NCBI GenBank assembly: GCA_016218065.1
Contig: JACRFA010000003.1
Span: forward strand, 10,090-74,089
DNA: 64,000 bases
Direction of reading: 5' to 3'
Source: Ignavibacteriota bacterium
GTDB taxonomy: Bacteria; Bacteroidota; Ignavibacteria; UBA10030; UBA6906
Positions within the stretch are counted from its first letter, which is position 1. Each line of letters starts with the position of its first letter. The notes beneath the pieces are model-generated. The model was not told the origin of the DNA. It was given only the letters and a program-made list of their open reading frames with translations, and did not search any database. The position numbers were made by a program, and so were the translations under genes. Shown here piece by piece: positions 34,503-43,615 of this stretch.

Positions 34503-36104
34503 ATGAAAACTCGGATAGCATTCGTGTGCCTGACAGTACTCTTTGCGCTGGCATTGAGTCGCGTGCAGAGTTTTTCTCAATCATCAACAAACTCGGTGAT
34601 CGCGCCCTATTCATGGGATATGAGTCCTGCGGCTGTGAAGACATTCATGGCGAAAGAGCAACTCAAAACGGAGAAGGAAGATGAACTCTCCTTTCTTGAA
34701 TCAGGAAACAGCGGGCATCAGATCACTTTCGAATTCCTGCGAGGCAAGCTCAGTCGAATAATGCACAAGCACGCATTTCAGGGCAATGTAGATATTGCAG
34801 AGAAAGACTACTTCAAGAGTAAAGAATCCTTCGATGCAAAACTCGGAGATCCGTCAAACGAGATGGACTCCGACCCATGGCCCCTTTTCTGGTGGGTGTA
34901 CGACAGCGTGGAGGTTTACATGGCTCCTCTGAGCGACTCGTATTTGATTACCTACAGGAATTTACGTCTTCAACAATTGGCAGCAGCGAAAAGCGACTCG
35001 TTAAAGAACGCCGCCGCAGCGATTGAATCCGACAAGATTGCCTTTCAGGATACTTTCGACTCGAACAAGAATGGATGGACGGTTGGTACAACGGCGGAAT
35101 ACAAGGCGGAGATTATTCAAGGAGCGTACATCATAGAAAACCTCGCGGAGAAATCGATTCAGGCATTCTGGCGCAAAGTTGCTCTCGATACAACAAAAGA
35201 TTTCTCGATCGAGGTTTCTACAAAATGGCTCGACGGCACGAACAAGTCCGGCTACGGACTCATCTGGAATCATGATGACTGGCCCAACACCAGGCAATTT
35301 CTGATCAACGCAAACGGCTCCTTCCGGCTTTGGGACATGAAGAATGGCAACGGCGGAAGTAAGGACTGGGTGACCACAGAAATCATCAACAAAGAGGGTG
35401 AAAATAAACTGAAGGTGAAGCGGGAGGGAAATAACATTCTCTACTACATCAACGGCAACCTTGTGTTTCGAAACGCATACCGGGGTTTCTACGGCAACAA
35501 CTTTGGTGTGTATGTGTTCAACGAGCAGAAAGTGCAGTTCGATGATTTCGTTGTAACAAAGGAGCCAGGCACGGCAACGCCTGTCCGCCTCAAACCATCG
35601 TTCGGCAATCTCACGATCTACACACCCGTACCATCGTTAACGCCCTTGCAAATTCACATCGAACATGTCATGACAGTCGATGATCTTCAAGAACGACTCA
35701 ACGCGATCTCGAATAACAAGCCCTCGCAGTTTGGCGACGCGTCCGGACACTACGCGTTGCTCGGAGGAACTCTTGACCTGGCGGAGGGAAGTTTACCGGT
35801 GAACGATTCGTACGATGGAACCAACGGGAACAATAACGAACCAATCTCATCCTCGATGCCTAACAATATCAAGGGTCTCGCAGTCGGGCCGTTTGCCGGA
35901 ACGAACTGGAACAACGACATTCCCAACCAATTCAGCCCAACGCAAAGTGGCGACTATTACTATTCGGTCAATCTTCCTTATGGGAAATACAAAGTATCGT
36001 ACTCATTCTTTGAGGGAGACGCGCTGTCGTACAGCAGCGCATTCGGTCAGAGTGTTATCGAGATCAACAGCGCGAGCAAGGTGATTCCGGTTTCGAAGAG
36101 ATAA
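34503..36104 (+). CDS. Secreted hypothetical protein with a central concanavalin/LamG-like (DUF1080-like) jelly-roll region
   Basis: Signal peptide MKTRIAFVCLTVLFALALSRVQSFSQ. The central region FQDTFDSNKNGW...GYGLIWN...NKLKVKREGNNILYYINGNLV...VQFDDFVV resembles lectin/glucanase-fold domains. That assignment is inference only. Confidence 0.7.
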   Translation: MKTRIAFVCLTVLFALALSRVQSFSQSSTNSVIAPYSWDMSPAAVKTFMAKEQLKTEKEDELSFLESGNSGHQITFEFLRGKLSRIMHKHAFQGNVDIAEKDYFKSKESFDAKLGDPSNEMDSDPWPLFWWVYDSVEVYMAPLSDSYLITYRNLRLQQLAAAKSDSLKNAAAAIESDKIAFQDTFDSNKNGWTVGTTAEYKAEIIQGAYIIENLAEKSIQAFWRKVALDTTKDFSIEVSTKWLDGTNKSGYGLIWNHDDWPNTRQFLINANGSFRLWDMKNGNGGSKDWVTTEIINKEGENKLKVKREGNNILYYINGNLVFRNAYRGFYGNNFGVYVFNEQKVQFDDFVVTKEPGTATPVRLKPSFGNLTIYTPVPSLTPLQIHIEHVMTVDDLQERLNAISNNKPSQFGDASGHYALLGGTLDLAEGSLPVNDSYDGTNGNNNEPISSSMPNNIKGLAVGPFAGTNWNNDIPNQFSPTQSGDYYYSVNLPYGKYKVSYSFFEGDALSYSSAFGQSVIEINSASKVIPVSKR

Positions 36105-36266
36105 GAGTCGGCCGGAAATGCTATAGTTCACTCATGTTATCTGTTCACTTCTGTCCTAAGAACCCTTGCAAATTTGCAAATCCTTGATTGCTACATGAAT
36201 GGTGTTTACCTTCAGTTGGTTGCGATGGCAACCATCCCCCATAAGAACTCACCACCAGGAGCAATC

Positions 36267-37220
36267 ATGAAACCTTCTCTGTTCGTCTGGTTGTGGATAA
36301 TTCTTTTCCCGCTCTCAGCCCTATCGCAGACCGAAGGGAAAATCATTTTCTCTAACCAGTTGATCGATCCGGCGAAACCAGAAAAAACTCTCCAGGAGTT
36401 CAAGGCCGGAGATCCCATCTATGCGATGGCATTCGTGCCCAAGTCATTTGCGGCCATCATCAAGAACGAGACCGCGAAGAAAACCTCGGTCGAAATTTTT
36501 CTCTACGTCATCAAACCCCCGCTCTATTCGTATCAGCAACCGAGTGAGAATCAACTCGTCTTCAGCACGCTGTGGATCTCAGGGAAAGCAATGCAGAACA
36601 CAAAACTTCCGTTGGACATTGTTCCCCAGGCGAGTAGCATGACAGCCTACGGAACATCAGATCTGACCTACACGAAGTTCGGCCAGCAGTTTGACGGTCC
36701 GGTAAAATTTGCCGAGGCGCTCTCCGGACTGGAAAGAGGAAAGCATACGATCATGGTCAAGCTCAACTGTAACTATGAGTCTGTTGCAGAGGGTCAGTTC
36801 ACAATTGAAGGGACGGATTTCTCCGTGTACAAGAATCTGTCAGACAAACTCAACGCGGCGGCAGCCGGCATACAAACCCAAAGCGCGACAGTGCCGAAGC
36901 CGGCTATGACTGATGCGAAACTCGAAGCGGAAATGCTCGACGCATTGAAGAGTTCACAGACATTCAAAACCCGGATGCAAGGCGCCGTGCTCAAGCTGGT
37001 GATCACCGATCCTGACTGGAGTATTCGGAGGCACGAGATTTCCGGCGCGATTTTGCATCGGTACATTCGGGCTGCGGTGGCAGTCAAGGAAGGTGGAGGA
37101 ACGTGCCGTGTGTGGCCGCTCGTAACATTCCAGCAGGACTACGTTGGCAATCGATTTCAGAAAGCCAAGTTTGATGGAGTCGGCGACCCATACCAGATTC
37201 CCTGTGAGAACGTAAAGTAG
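36267..37220 (+). CDS. Secreted hypothetical protein
   Basis: The ATG at 36267 gives signal peptide MKPSLFVWLWIILFPLSALSQ. No family was recognised. The ORF-track start at 36174 lacks a signal peptide. Confidence 0.65.
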   Translation: MKPSLFVWLWIILFPLSALSQTEGKIIFSNQLIDPAKPEKTLQEFKAGDPIYAMAFVPKSFAAIIKNETAKKTSVEIFLYVIKPPLYSYQQPSENQLVFSTLWISGKAMQNTKLPLDIVPQASSMTAYGTSDLTYTKFGQQFDGPVKFAEALSGLERGKHTIMVKLNCNYESVAEGQFTIEGTDFSVYKNLSDKLNAAAAGIQTQSATVPKPAMTDAKLEAEMLDALKSSQTFKTRMQGAVLKLVITDPDWSIRRHEISGAILHRYIRAAVAVKEGGGTCRVWPLVTFQQDYVGNRFQKAKFDGVGDPYQIPCENVK

Positions 37221-37382
37221 GCAAGGTATCGCGTTTGCCAGTGTCATGGACGGCAGGCGGGGATCGGGGGGTTAGCGCGGATTGTTGCCAACCCACCAGC
37301 AATCGCTCCTCACCGAGAGGTCTGGCCGAAAAGCCCTGATGGAAGAAAACCGCCAAGGCTCCTCCGAAAGGAGTCCTTCGGA

Positions 37383-37447
37383 CAAGACGCCAAGGTACTG
37401 AAACGCAATCGATTTTAAGATTTTCTCTGAAAACACTTGGCGTCTTG
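37383..37447. repeat. Long-loop hairpin within a repeat-rich intergenic region
   Basis: Perfect 12-bp arms CAAGACGCCAAG (37383-37394) and CTTGGCGTCTTG (37436-37447). Small hairpins of the dispersed family flank it (CTCCTCCGAAAGGAG; GTCATCTCGAC at 37601). Confidence 0.4.
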
Positions 37448-37888
37448 GTCTACGACTCGTCTACGACCCGTAGGGTAGAGCGGTAATTTTTTTTTATGAT
37501 GGGTATTCGGCTGCGCTTCTAGTAGCAGGATGTTGAAAAAGAAAGAAACGATCCACGCAGGCGTGAACTTCGTGGATAAGAATAGAGGTTTTTCATCAGC
37601 GTCATCTCGACGGCCGTCAGGCCGCGTGTTTCTATTCCTTTTCTAAAAATCAGAATTCAGATGATGAACAGCGCAGTACTGCCTGTTCGACGAATGGAGT
37701 CTCCGACGAGTAGCCAAGGCAGACAGGGATTGGAGGATGCTGCAAATTCGGTTTCATCCCTTGCAACAGAAAGATGCGTTCAGTAGCTTAAGACGGGGGA
37801 GCCATCCGCGAGTTTGTCCATCATCCTTCCCCTGTTCTTTCCCAAATCCCTTTCGTAATCATCCAAACGAAAAAACACAGGAGGATTT

Positions 37889-38323
37889 ATGATTCGAACG
37901 CATTACTATATCATCGTGCTTGCCGCCGTGCTTATGATTTCCGGCTGCAAGAAAGATGAGGCAACGACGCCCACGGAGAATCAATTCACCAATGGCTTGA
38001 CGCTTGGTACAGGAATGAATGCCAGCACGTTTCAGGTGACTGGCGAGACAACAACGTTCACGCGCGTCGGGGGCACGGTGATGGTGTACTGGCGACTTGA
38101 ATCGGCGACCGACATGGCAGGATCGCAAGTGAAGATTCGTCTGGACAAACAGACGAGCGGCGTGTATGCGCCATTCGACAGCGCCACCTATAACAACCCG
38201 CAATCCACCGGCCACATCATGCTCTCTTCATTGAGCGTGACTTCGATCGGAACATACCGCGCGACGGGAGTATTGATCACCGGAACGAAAGTGGTCGCTT
38301 CGAAGGACTTTACTGTTCAGTAG
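37889..38323 (+). CDS. Small lipoprotein, function unknown
   Basis: AGGAGG Shine-Dalgarno site. Lipobox LMISGC within MIRTHYYIIVLAAVLMISGCKKDE. Confidence 0.7.
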   Translation: MIRTHYYIIVLAAVLMISGCKKDEATTPTENQFTNGLTLGTGMNASTFQVTGETTTFTRVGGTVMVYWRLESATDMAGSQVKIRLDKQTSGVYAPFDSATYNNPQSTGHIMLSSLSVTSIGTYRATGVLITGTKVVASKDFTVQ

Positions 38324-38381
38324 ATGTGCGGCTTGATGCGAAGAAGCCAACGTGATGTAAGGTGAAGTATGTTTGATTCGA

Positions 38382-38414
38382 TGAGGGCGGCAGGGAGTCG
38401 CCCTCACTTTTTTT
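38382..38414 (+). terminator. Rho-independent terminator
   Basis: TGAGGGCG (38382-38389), a 9-nt loop, CGCCCTCA (38399-38406), then a T-run at 38408-38414. Confidence 0.7.
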
Positions 38415-38484
38415 CGTGGAGTCCTTCCTGGTGAACTTGGAGATTCCCGAAAACGTCGGGGAAACATGTTGACTTTTTTTTATT

Positions 38485-38646
38485 GTCATTCTGAACGGAG
38501 TCCCAACTTCCTTCCATGTTGGGACGGAGTGAAGAATCTCGACGAGTCGAGTCTTCGACCAGAACAGGTTACTGGATTCTTCGCCTCTGAGATCCCGACT
38601 ATGTCGGGACAGAAAGACAGTTCTTAGGCAGTTTCGATGGGGAATC
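38485..38646 (-). repeat. Mosaic hairpin repeat, copy B (inverted copy of 2166-2335)
   Basis: Its reverse complement aligns with 2166-2335 over most of its length. Shared strings include CCCATCGAAACTGCCTAAGAACTGTCTTTCTGTCCCGACA and GGTCGAAGACTCGACTCGTCGAGATTCTTC. Confidence 0.7.
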
Positions 38647-38731
38647 TCCACTGGTGAACGTATTGATTTGCAGTGGGGAATACGGTACATTTTCATAGTC
38701 ATCTCAAACTTAAACAACGTGCTCTCACCTC

Positions 38732-41470
38732 GTGCGGCAGTCCAGCGTCTTTTGGTTCCTTCTATCCGCGATCCTCTGTTGTCTCTTCGAAGTTCAGGGT
38801 CAGACGAAGATAACGTATCGTCCCCGATTTGATTCGACGGCGACGCCTCGATTTTCCTTCTATCCATTTCGTGTTCAGAAACGTCCGCGTGTCGGCGTAG
38901 TGCTGAGTGGCGGCGGCGCCCGCGGCGCGGCGCAGATCGGCGTGTTGCGAGTTCTCGAACAGAACGACGTGCCCGTCGATTTCATCTCGGCGACAAGTAT
39001 GGGAGCAATCATCGGCGGTCTCTACGCTTCGGGCTATTCGACATCCGAAATCGAAAGTCTCGCGCTCGGCACAGATTGGAATGAATTGCTCTCGCTCTCC
39101 GATGCGGCAAGCAGGCGAGATCTCGCGATCGATCAAAAGCTTGCCGCCGATTGGAGTTTTCTCGTCGTTCGATTTCAAGGACTGAGTCCCGTTATTCCGC
39201 GTGCGGTGTCGTCGGGCATGCGGCTCATGAATTTTCTCAGCGAGCAGACGCTGCAAGCCGTGTACCATCCCAACCCGACATTCGACAATCTCAAGGTCCG
39301 ATTTCGCGCCGTCACAACCGATCTGGTTTCGGGCAAGCGCATTGTGCTCGATCATGGCTCGTTGGCGGAGGCGCTGCGGGCAAGTTCTACCGTGCCGTTG
39401 CTGTTCAATCCCATCGAGAAAGATTCGATGCGTCTGGTGGATGGAGGACTTGTTACGAACATTCCGGTTGATATCGCAAAGTACGCCGGCTGCGATCTGA
39501 CGATTGCAGTGAACACAACGAGCGGCCTCCGATACATGGATGAATTGCGCGCGCCCTGGCAAACTGCCGATCAGATCATGGGCATCATGATGCAGCTCTC
39601 CAATCAGGAACAGCTCAAGATGTCCGACGTCGTCATTACGCCGATGGTGGGACGACATTTGTCTTCGGACTTCTCGGGCATCGACTCGCTGATCAGAGCG
39701 GGTGAGCACGCCACAGCGTTGCATCTCGACTCGATACGCACTCTCTACGACCGCGCTCTGGCTCACATGGATTCGGTCGAGGAAAACGAAGAACTGATGT
39801 TTGCCGATATCCTTGCGGAGTTTGAAGGCGATGACGGTCCCGACTCACTCATTCTGAAAATCAAGAACGAAGCGTATGCCGGAGCATTGACATCGCGCCA
39901 AATCCGACATCATATCCGTACGCTGTACGACACAGGCAATTTCTCCGATGTCGAAGTTGACGTGTTCCCGGATGACCGTCCTATCAGAGTCGTCTATCGA
40001 CTGAAGGCGCATCCCGTCGTGCGCAACGTGGTATTCACCGGGAATGATCGTGTTACCATTGACAGCCTCAGCGCGGAATTCCGTCCGCTAATCAATCGCG
40101 TGCTAAATGAGAAGAAACTCAGTGAGTCAGTTGAGGGCATGCTGCGCCTCTACCGGAAGCTCGGCTGCTCACTGGCGCGAGTATCGACCGCCTCGTTTGA
40201 TACGTCGTCGGGCGTGCTGTCGGTGACGATCAATGAAGGCTCCATCGAAACCATCGACGTGAAAGGCGGAGAGCGAACGGAGCGATCGTTTGTGCTGCGC
40301 GAATTCAACATGAAGCCGGGCGAAGTGTTCACGATCGGGAAAGCCGAGACTGGCCTGACGAATCTCAACAGCACAAACATTTTTGAGTACGCGTATCTCG
40401 AAGTGTCGTACGTTAATCGTCAACCTCTTCTCACAATTCGACTCGCTGAGTTACCCTCGCAGTTGATTCGCTTCGGATTGCGGCTCGATGACGAACGGAG
40501 AATGCAGGGGACGATCGACATCCGTGACGAAAATTTCCGCGGCATCGGCACAGAACTTGGGCTTACACTTGCGGGCGGCAGCAGAAATGGGGCTGCGAAT
40601 CTGGAGTTCAGATCGAACCGGCTGTTTAGTCCGTTGTTTACGTTCAACATCGGAGCGTTTGCGAGCATCTATAATAGTAACGTGTACACCGACGATCCGA
40701 ACGAGAAACGGCCGCGTCGCTACAATCGCGTGCTGACAGGCGAGTACTCCGACATCCGGTGGGGTGGACGCATCGTTGTTGGCGCGCAACTGGAGCGTTT
40801 GGGCGGGACCACGCTGGAGTGGTCGCTGCAAGATGCGCGGATCAGGAGCGTCGAGAATGCAAATGGATTGGAGGAACACTACACGCTTTCGCTCCTCAAG
40901 TTCGGCACCGTCATCGACAGCCGCAACTCCGTGCCGTTCCCGACCTCCGGCATCAATCTGAAATTGTCGTACGAGGTCGCCTCGACGAATCTTTTGAGCG
41001 ACGTCGGCTACAACGCGTTGCGGTTCATGTACGAGAGTTACTCGTCGTGGGGGAGATGGATTACGTTTCACCCGCGCTTCTCGTTCGGCTTTGCCGATAT
41101 CACGATGCCGTTGGGACAACAGTTCAGACTCGGAGGCCGCGAATCCATGTTCGGCACACGCGAAGACGACCGGCGCGGCAGGCAGATGCTTGCAGCCAAC
41201 TTTGAATTTCGGTATCGTCTTCCCATCGACTTCGTGTTCGACAGCTACTTCAAAATACGGTACGATATCGGCGCCATCTCGGAGATTCCCGAGCAGATCA
41301 AGTTCAAGCTGTTCCGTCACGGCATCGGAGCGGAGCTTGCATTTGATACGCCGATCGGCCAATCGGCGTTTGCCGTAGGAAAAAGTTTTTACGTCGCGCG
41401 CAATCTTCCGAACAGTCCAATCCAGGAAGGGCCGCTTCTCTTCTACTTTGTCTTGGGCTACGAGCTGTAG
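38732..41470 (+). CDS. Patatin-like phospholipase fused to POTRA and an Omp85-type beta-barrel (PlpD-like, type Vd secretion architecture)
   Basis: Oxyanion motif SGGGARG, nucleophile elbow ATSMG, catalytic Asp in VDGGLVTNIP. A POTRA-like region follows (VVFTGNDRVTIDSL...INEGSIETIDVKGG), then a long beta-barrel region. GTG start. Confidence 0.85.
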   Translation: MRQSSVFWFLLSAILCCLFEVQGQTKITYRPRFDSTATPRFSFYPFRVQKRPRVGVVLSGGGARGAAQIGVLRVLEQNDVPVDFISATSMGAIIGGLYASGYSTSEIESLALGTDWNELLSLSDAASRRDLAIDQKLAADWSFLVVRFQGLSPVIPRAVSSGMRLMNFLSEQTLQAVYHPNPTFDNLKVRFRAVTTDLVSGKRIVLDHGSLAEALRASSTVPLLFNPIEKDSMRLVDGGLVTNIPVDIAKYAGCDLTIAVNTTSGLRYMDELRAPWQTADQIMGIMMQLSNQEQLKMSDVVITPMVGRHLSSDFSGIDSLIRAGEHATALHLDSIRTLYDRALAHMDSVEENEELMFADILAEFEGDDGPDSLILKIKNEAYAGALTSRQIRHHIRTLYDTGNFSDVEVDVFPDDRPIRVVYRLKAHPVVRNVVFTGNDRVTIDSLSAEFRPLINRVLNEKKLSESVEGMLRLYRKLGCSLARVSTASFDTSSGVLSVTINEGSIETIDVKGGERTERSFVLREFNMKPGEVFTIGKAETGLTNLNSTNIFEYAYLEVSYVNRQPLLTIRLAELPSQLIRFGLRLDDERRMQGTIDIRDENFRGIGTELGLTLAGGSRNGAANLEFRSNRLFSPLFTFNIGAFASIYNSNVYTDDPNEKRPRRYNRVLTGEYSDIRWGGRIVVGAQLERLGGTTLEWSLQDARIRSVENANGLEEHYTLSLLKFGTVIDSRNSVPFPTSGINLKLSYEVASTNLLSDVGYNALRFMYESYSSWGRWITFHPRFSFGFADITMPLGQQFRLGGRESMFGTREDDRRGRQMLAANFEFRYRLPIDFVFDSYFKIRYDIGAISEIPEQIKFKLFRHGIGAELAFDTPIGQSAFAVGKSFYVARNLPNSPIQEGPLLFYFVLGYEL

Positions 41471-41506
41471 AAGCGCCGTTCTTTTCGTGAATGAATGTTT
41501 CAGGCT

Positions 41507-41723
41507 GTTGAAAAAGGCTCTCATGTCATTCCGATGGAGCGCTTCGACTTTGCTCAGCACAGGCTGCGCGACTGAGGAATCTCTCCCTTTTGGGATCAGA
41601 TTCTCCCGAGGGGATGCCTTCGGCACTCACCCCGCCAAAGAGCGTCGGGGTTCGTCCTGCCGAAGGCATCACTTCGTGAGAAGGACCTCTTTGGGGGAAT
41701 GACATTGACCTCAGTTTTTCAAC
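41507..41723. mobile_element. MITE-like 217-bp element with ~26-bp terminal inverted repeats
   Basis: The left end is GTTGAAAAAGGCTCTCATGTCATTCC (41507-41532). The reverse complement of the right end (41696-41723) is GTTGAAAAACTGAGGTCAATGTCATTCC. An internal 11-bp stem pairs GATGCCTTCGG with CCGAAGGCATC. Confidence 0.5.
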
Positions 41724-41743
41724 AACCTGTTAGGGAACGCACC

Positions 41744-43483
41744 GTGAGATTGTTGATCGCCGCTTGTTTCATCCTCCTCTTCGCTTTCGTTCAACACCAT
41801 CTTGCCGCACAGACATTGCAACTGCGGTTCACGTCTTCCGATCAGATCATCCTCAATCCCGAACGCGGACTCTACGATGTCGAAGTGACCGGAATGGTTG
41901 TCGGACGAATCACGCCGTATCAGCGGCTCGATCTAGCTGAGCTGAGAAAGATTCGTCAATCGTGCACGCTGCTGTTCCGATATTTTGGTCTGAAGGAGTG
42001 GCGCACCAGTGAGCTTCCTCTTCATATCCTGCAAAACATCTCCGACGACTTTGCGGCAATTCGTTCGGCGGGACTCAAATGCATTCCCCGCTTCACCTAC
42101 TCGGCAGAAATCGGTGAGCCTGATGCGACGCTCCCGATTATTCTTCGACACATTGATCAGCTGAGGCCGATTCTCCGTCAGAACAAAGATGTCATTGCAG
42201 TGCTGCAGGCGGGCTTCATTGGGGCGTGGGGCGAGTGGCACAACTCGACCTCGGGCAACATGGCGCTGGAAAACCGAAGAGCAGTGTTGATGCGTTTGCT
42301 CGAAGCGATGCCGACCGATAGAATGCTTCAGGTGCGAACGCCCTGGCACAAGCAAGAAGTTCTTTCGCTGCGATTTGACACAAGCGCGGCCATCACCGCG
42401 GCTCAAGCCTTCTCAGGCTCGGCTGTTGCGCGCATCGGCCATCACAATGATTGCTTTCTCGCGGATGCGAGCGACATGGGAACGTACTGGCACAACGGCG
42501 CGATCGACACTGCCGGAGCGAAAGCGTATCTGCGACTCGACAACCGCTTTGCGCCGATGGGAGGCGAGACATGTCAGCTCAGCGAGTACTCACTCTGCCC
42601 GATTGCGCTTTCCGAGATGAAGCGTCTGCGCTGGTCGTTTCTCAATCGCGGCTACAACGAAAAGGTGATCGGCGGCTTTACGGTCGGAGGCTGCATGACG
42701 GAGATCGAGCGAAGGCTGGGCTATCGGATTTCTGCGCTCTCCGGCGAAGTGAGTTCCGCGACGGCGCAAAGAGGCAGCTTGCAGTTCCGACTTCGATTGA
42801 CGAACTCCGGCTGGGCATCGCCATTCAACCGACGCGCTGTTGAGTTGGTGATGAGGAATAGGTCTGACGGGAAAACATTTCGCGCGGGGCTTTCTGCTGA
42901 TCCGCGATTCTGGCTCACTGGCGATACAGTGAGCATCGACGCGTCCGTCGGAGTTCCCGTGTCAATGGCCAGTGGCCTCTATTCACTTTTCCTGCATCTC
43001 GCTGATCCTGAGCCGCTGCTGCACAACAGGCCGGAGTATTCACTTCGTCTTGCAAACGACAACGTCTGGGATTCAACCACAGGCTGGAACCGGCTCGCAG
43101 ATTCTATCCTGATTGATCCGTCGGCAAGCGGAAGTGTCTATAACGGAACGACATGGTTTGAACCCATCTCGCGCACGAGCGGTTCAGCGGCGCCGAGCCT
43201 CTTCGGGCTGCTGCAAAACTATCCTAATCCCTTCAACTCCTCTACAACAATTTCTTTCGTGAACTCCGAGGCAGGGAAAGTCACGCTGCGCGTGTTTGAT
43301 CTTTCCGGCAAACGCGTGGCGACACTCTATAATGATTCTCTTCCTTCGTCGCCGCTGCCGTACACTCTCGAGTGGGACGCGTCGCGCTTTGCCAGCGGCG
43401 TCTATGTTGTTCAGCTTACCTCCATCCCCGCAAACGGTGCACCGTCTCTCTTCGATGCACGAAAGATACTGCACGTGAAGTAG
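41744..43483 (+). CDS. T9SS cargo, DUF4874/DUF4832-like (glycoside-hydrolase-like) protein
   Basis: VLQAGFIGAWGEWHNS is the motif I associate with DUF4832. The CTD is a divergent variant (NYPNPFNSSTTISF...VFDLSGKRVATL). The GTG at 41744 gives VRLLIAACFILLFAFVQHHLAAQ. The ORF-track ATG at 41699 lies inside the repeat terminus. Confidence 0.7.
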   Translation: MRLLIAACFILLFAFVQHHLAAQTLQLRFTSSDQIILNPERGLYDVEVTGMVVGRITPYQRLDLAELRKIRQSCTLLFRYFGLKEWRTSELPLHILQNISDDFAAIRSAGLKCIPRFTYSAEIGEPDATLPIILRHIDQLRPILRQNKDVIAVLQAGFIGAWGEWHNSTSGNMALENRRAVLMRLLEAMPTDRMLQVRTPWHKQEVLSLRFDTSAAITAAQAFSGSAVARIGHHNDCFLADASDMGTYWHNGAIDTAGAKAYLRLDNRFAPMGGETCQLSEYSLCPIALSEMKRLRWSFLNRGYNEKVIGGFTVGGCMTEIERRLGYRISALSGEVSSATAQRGSLQFRLRLTNSGWASPFNRRAVELVMRNRSDGKTFRAGLSADPRFWLTGDTVSIDASVGVPVSMASGLYSLFLHLADPEPLLHNRPEYSLRLANDNVWDSTTGWNRLADSILIDPSASGSVYNGTTWFEPISRTSGSAAPSLFGLLQNYPNPFNSSTTISFVNSEAGKVTLRVFDLSGKRVATLYNDSLPSSPLPYTLEWDASRFASGVYVVQLTSIPANGAPSLFDARKILHVK

Positions 43484-43615
43484 CGCTCACCTGTCACCGA
43501 ACCTCTCTCTGTCACCGCTCTGCAGTCGTTCAACTGTGACTGCAATTACTTTTTGTTGCGATTTTTTTTTGCAACATGATACGGCAAGCAAACCGCACAT
43601 CTTAAACACGCTCAC

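Noticed and set aside
43522-43590. Terminator or promoter structures between the hydrolase gene and the EPS operon (GCAGTC-n10-GACTGC; GTTGC-GATTTTTTTTT-GCAAC)
   Set aside because: The stems are only 5-6 bp, and the T-run is either displaced from the stem or lies in the loop. This is too weak to call either way.
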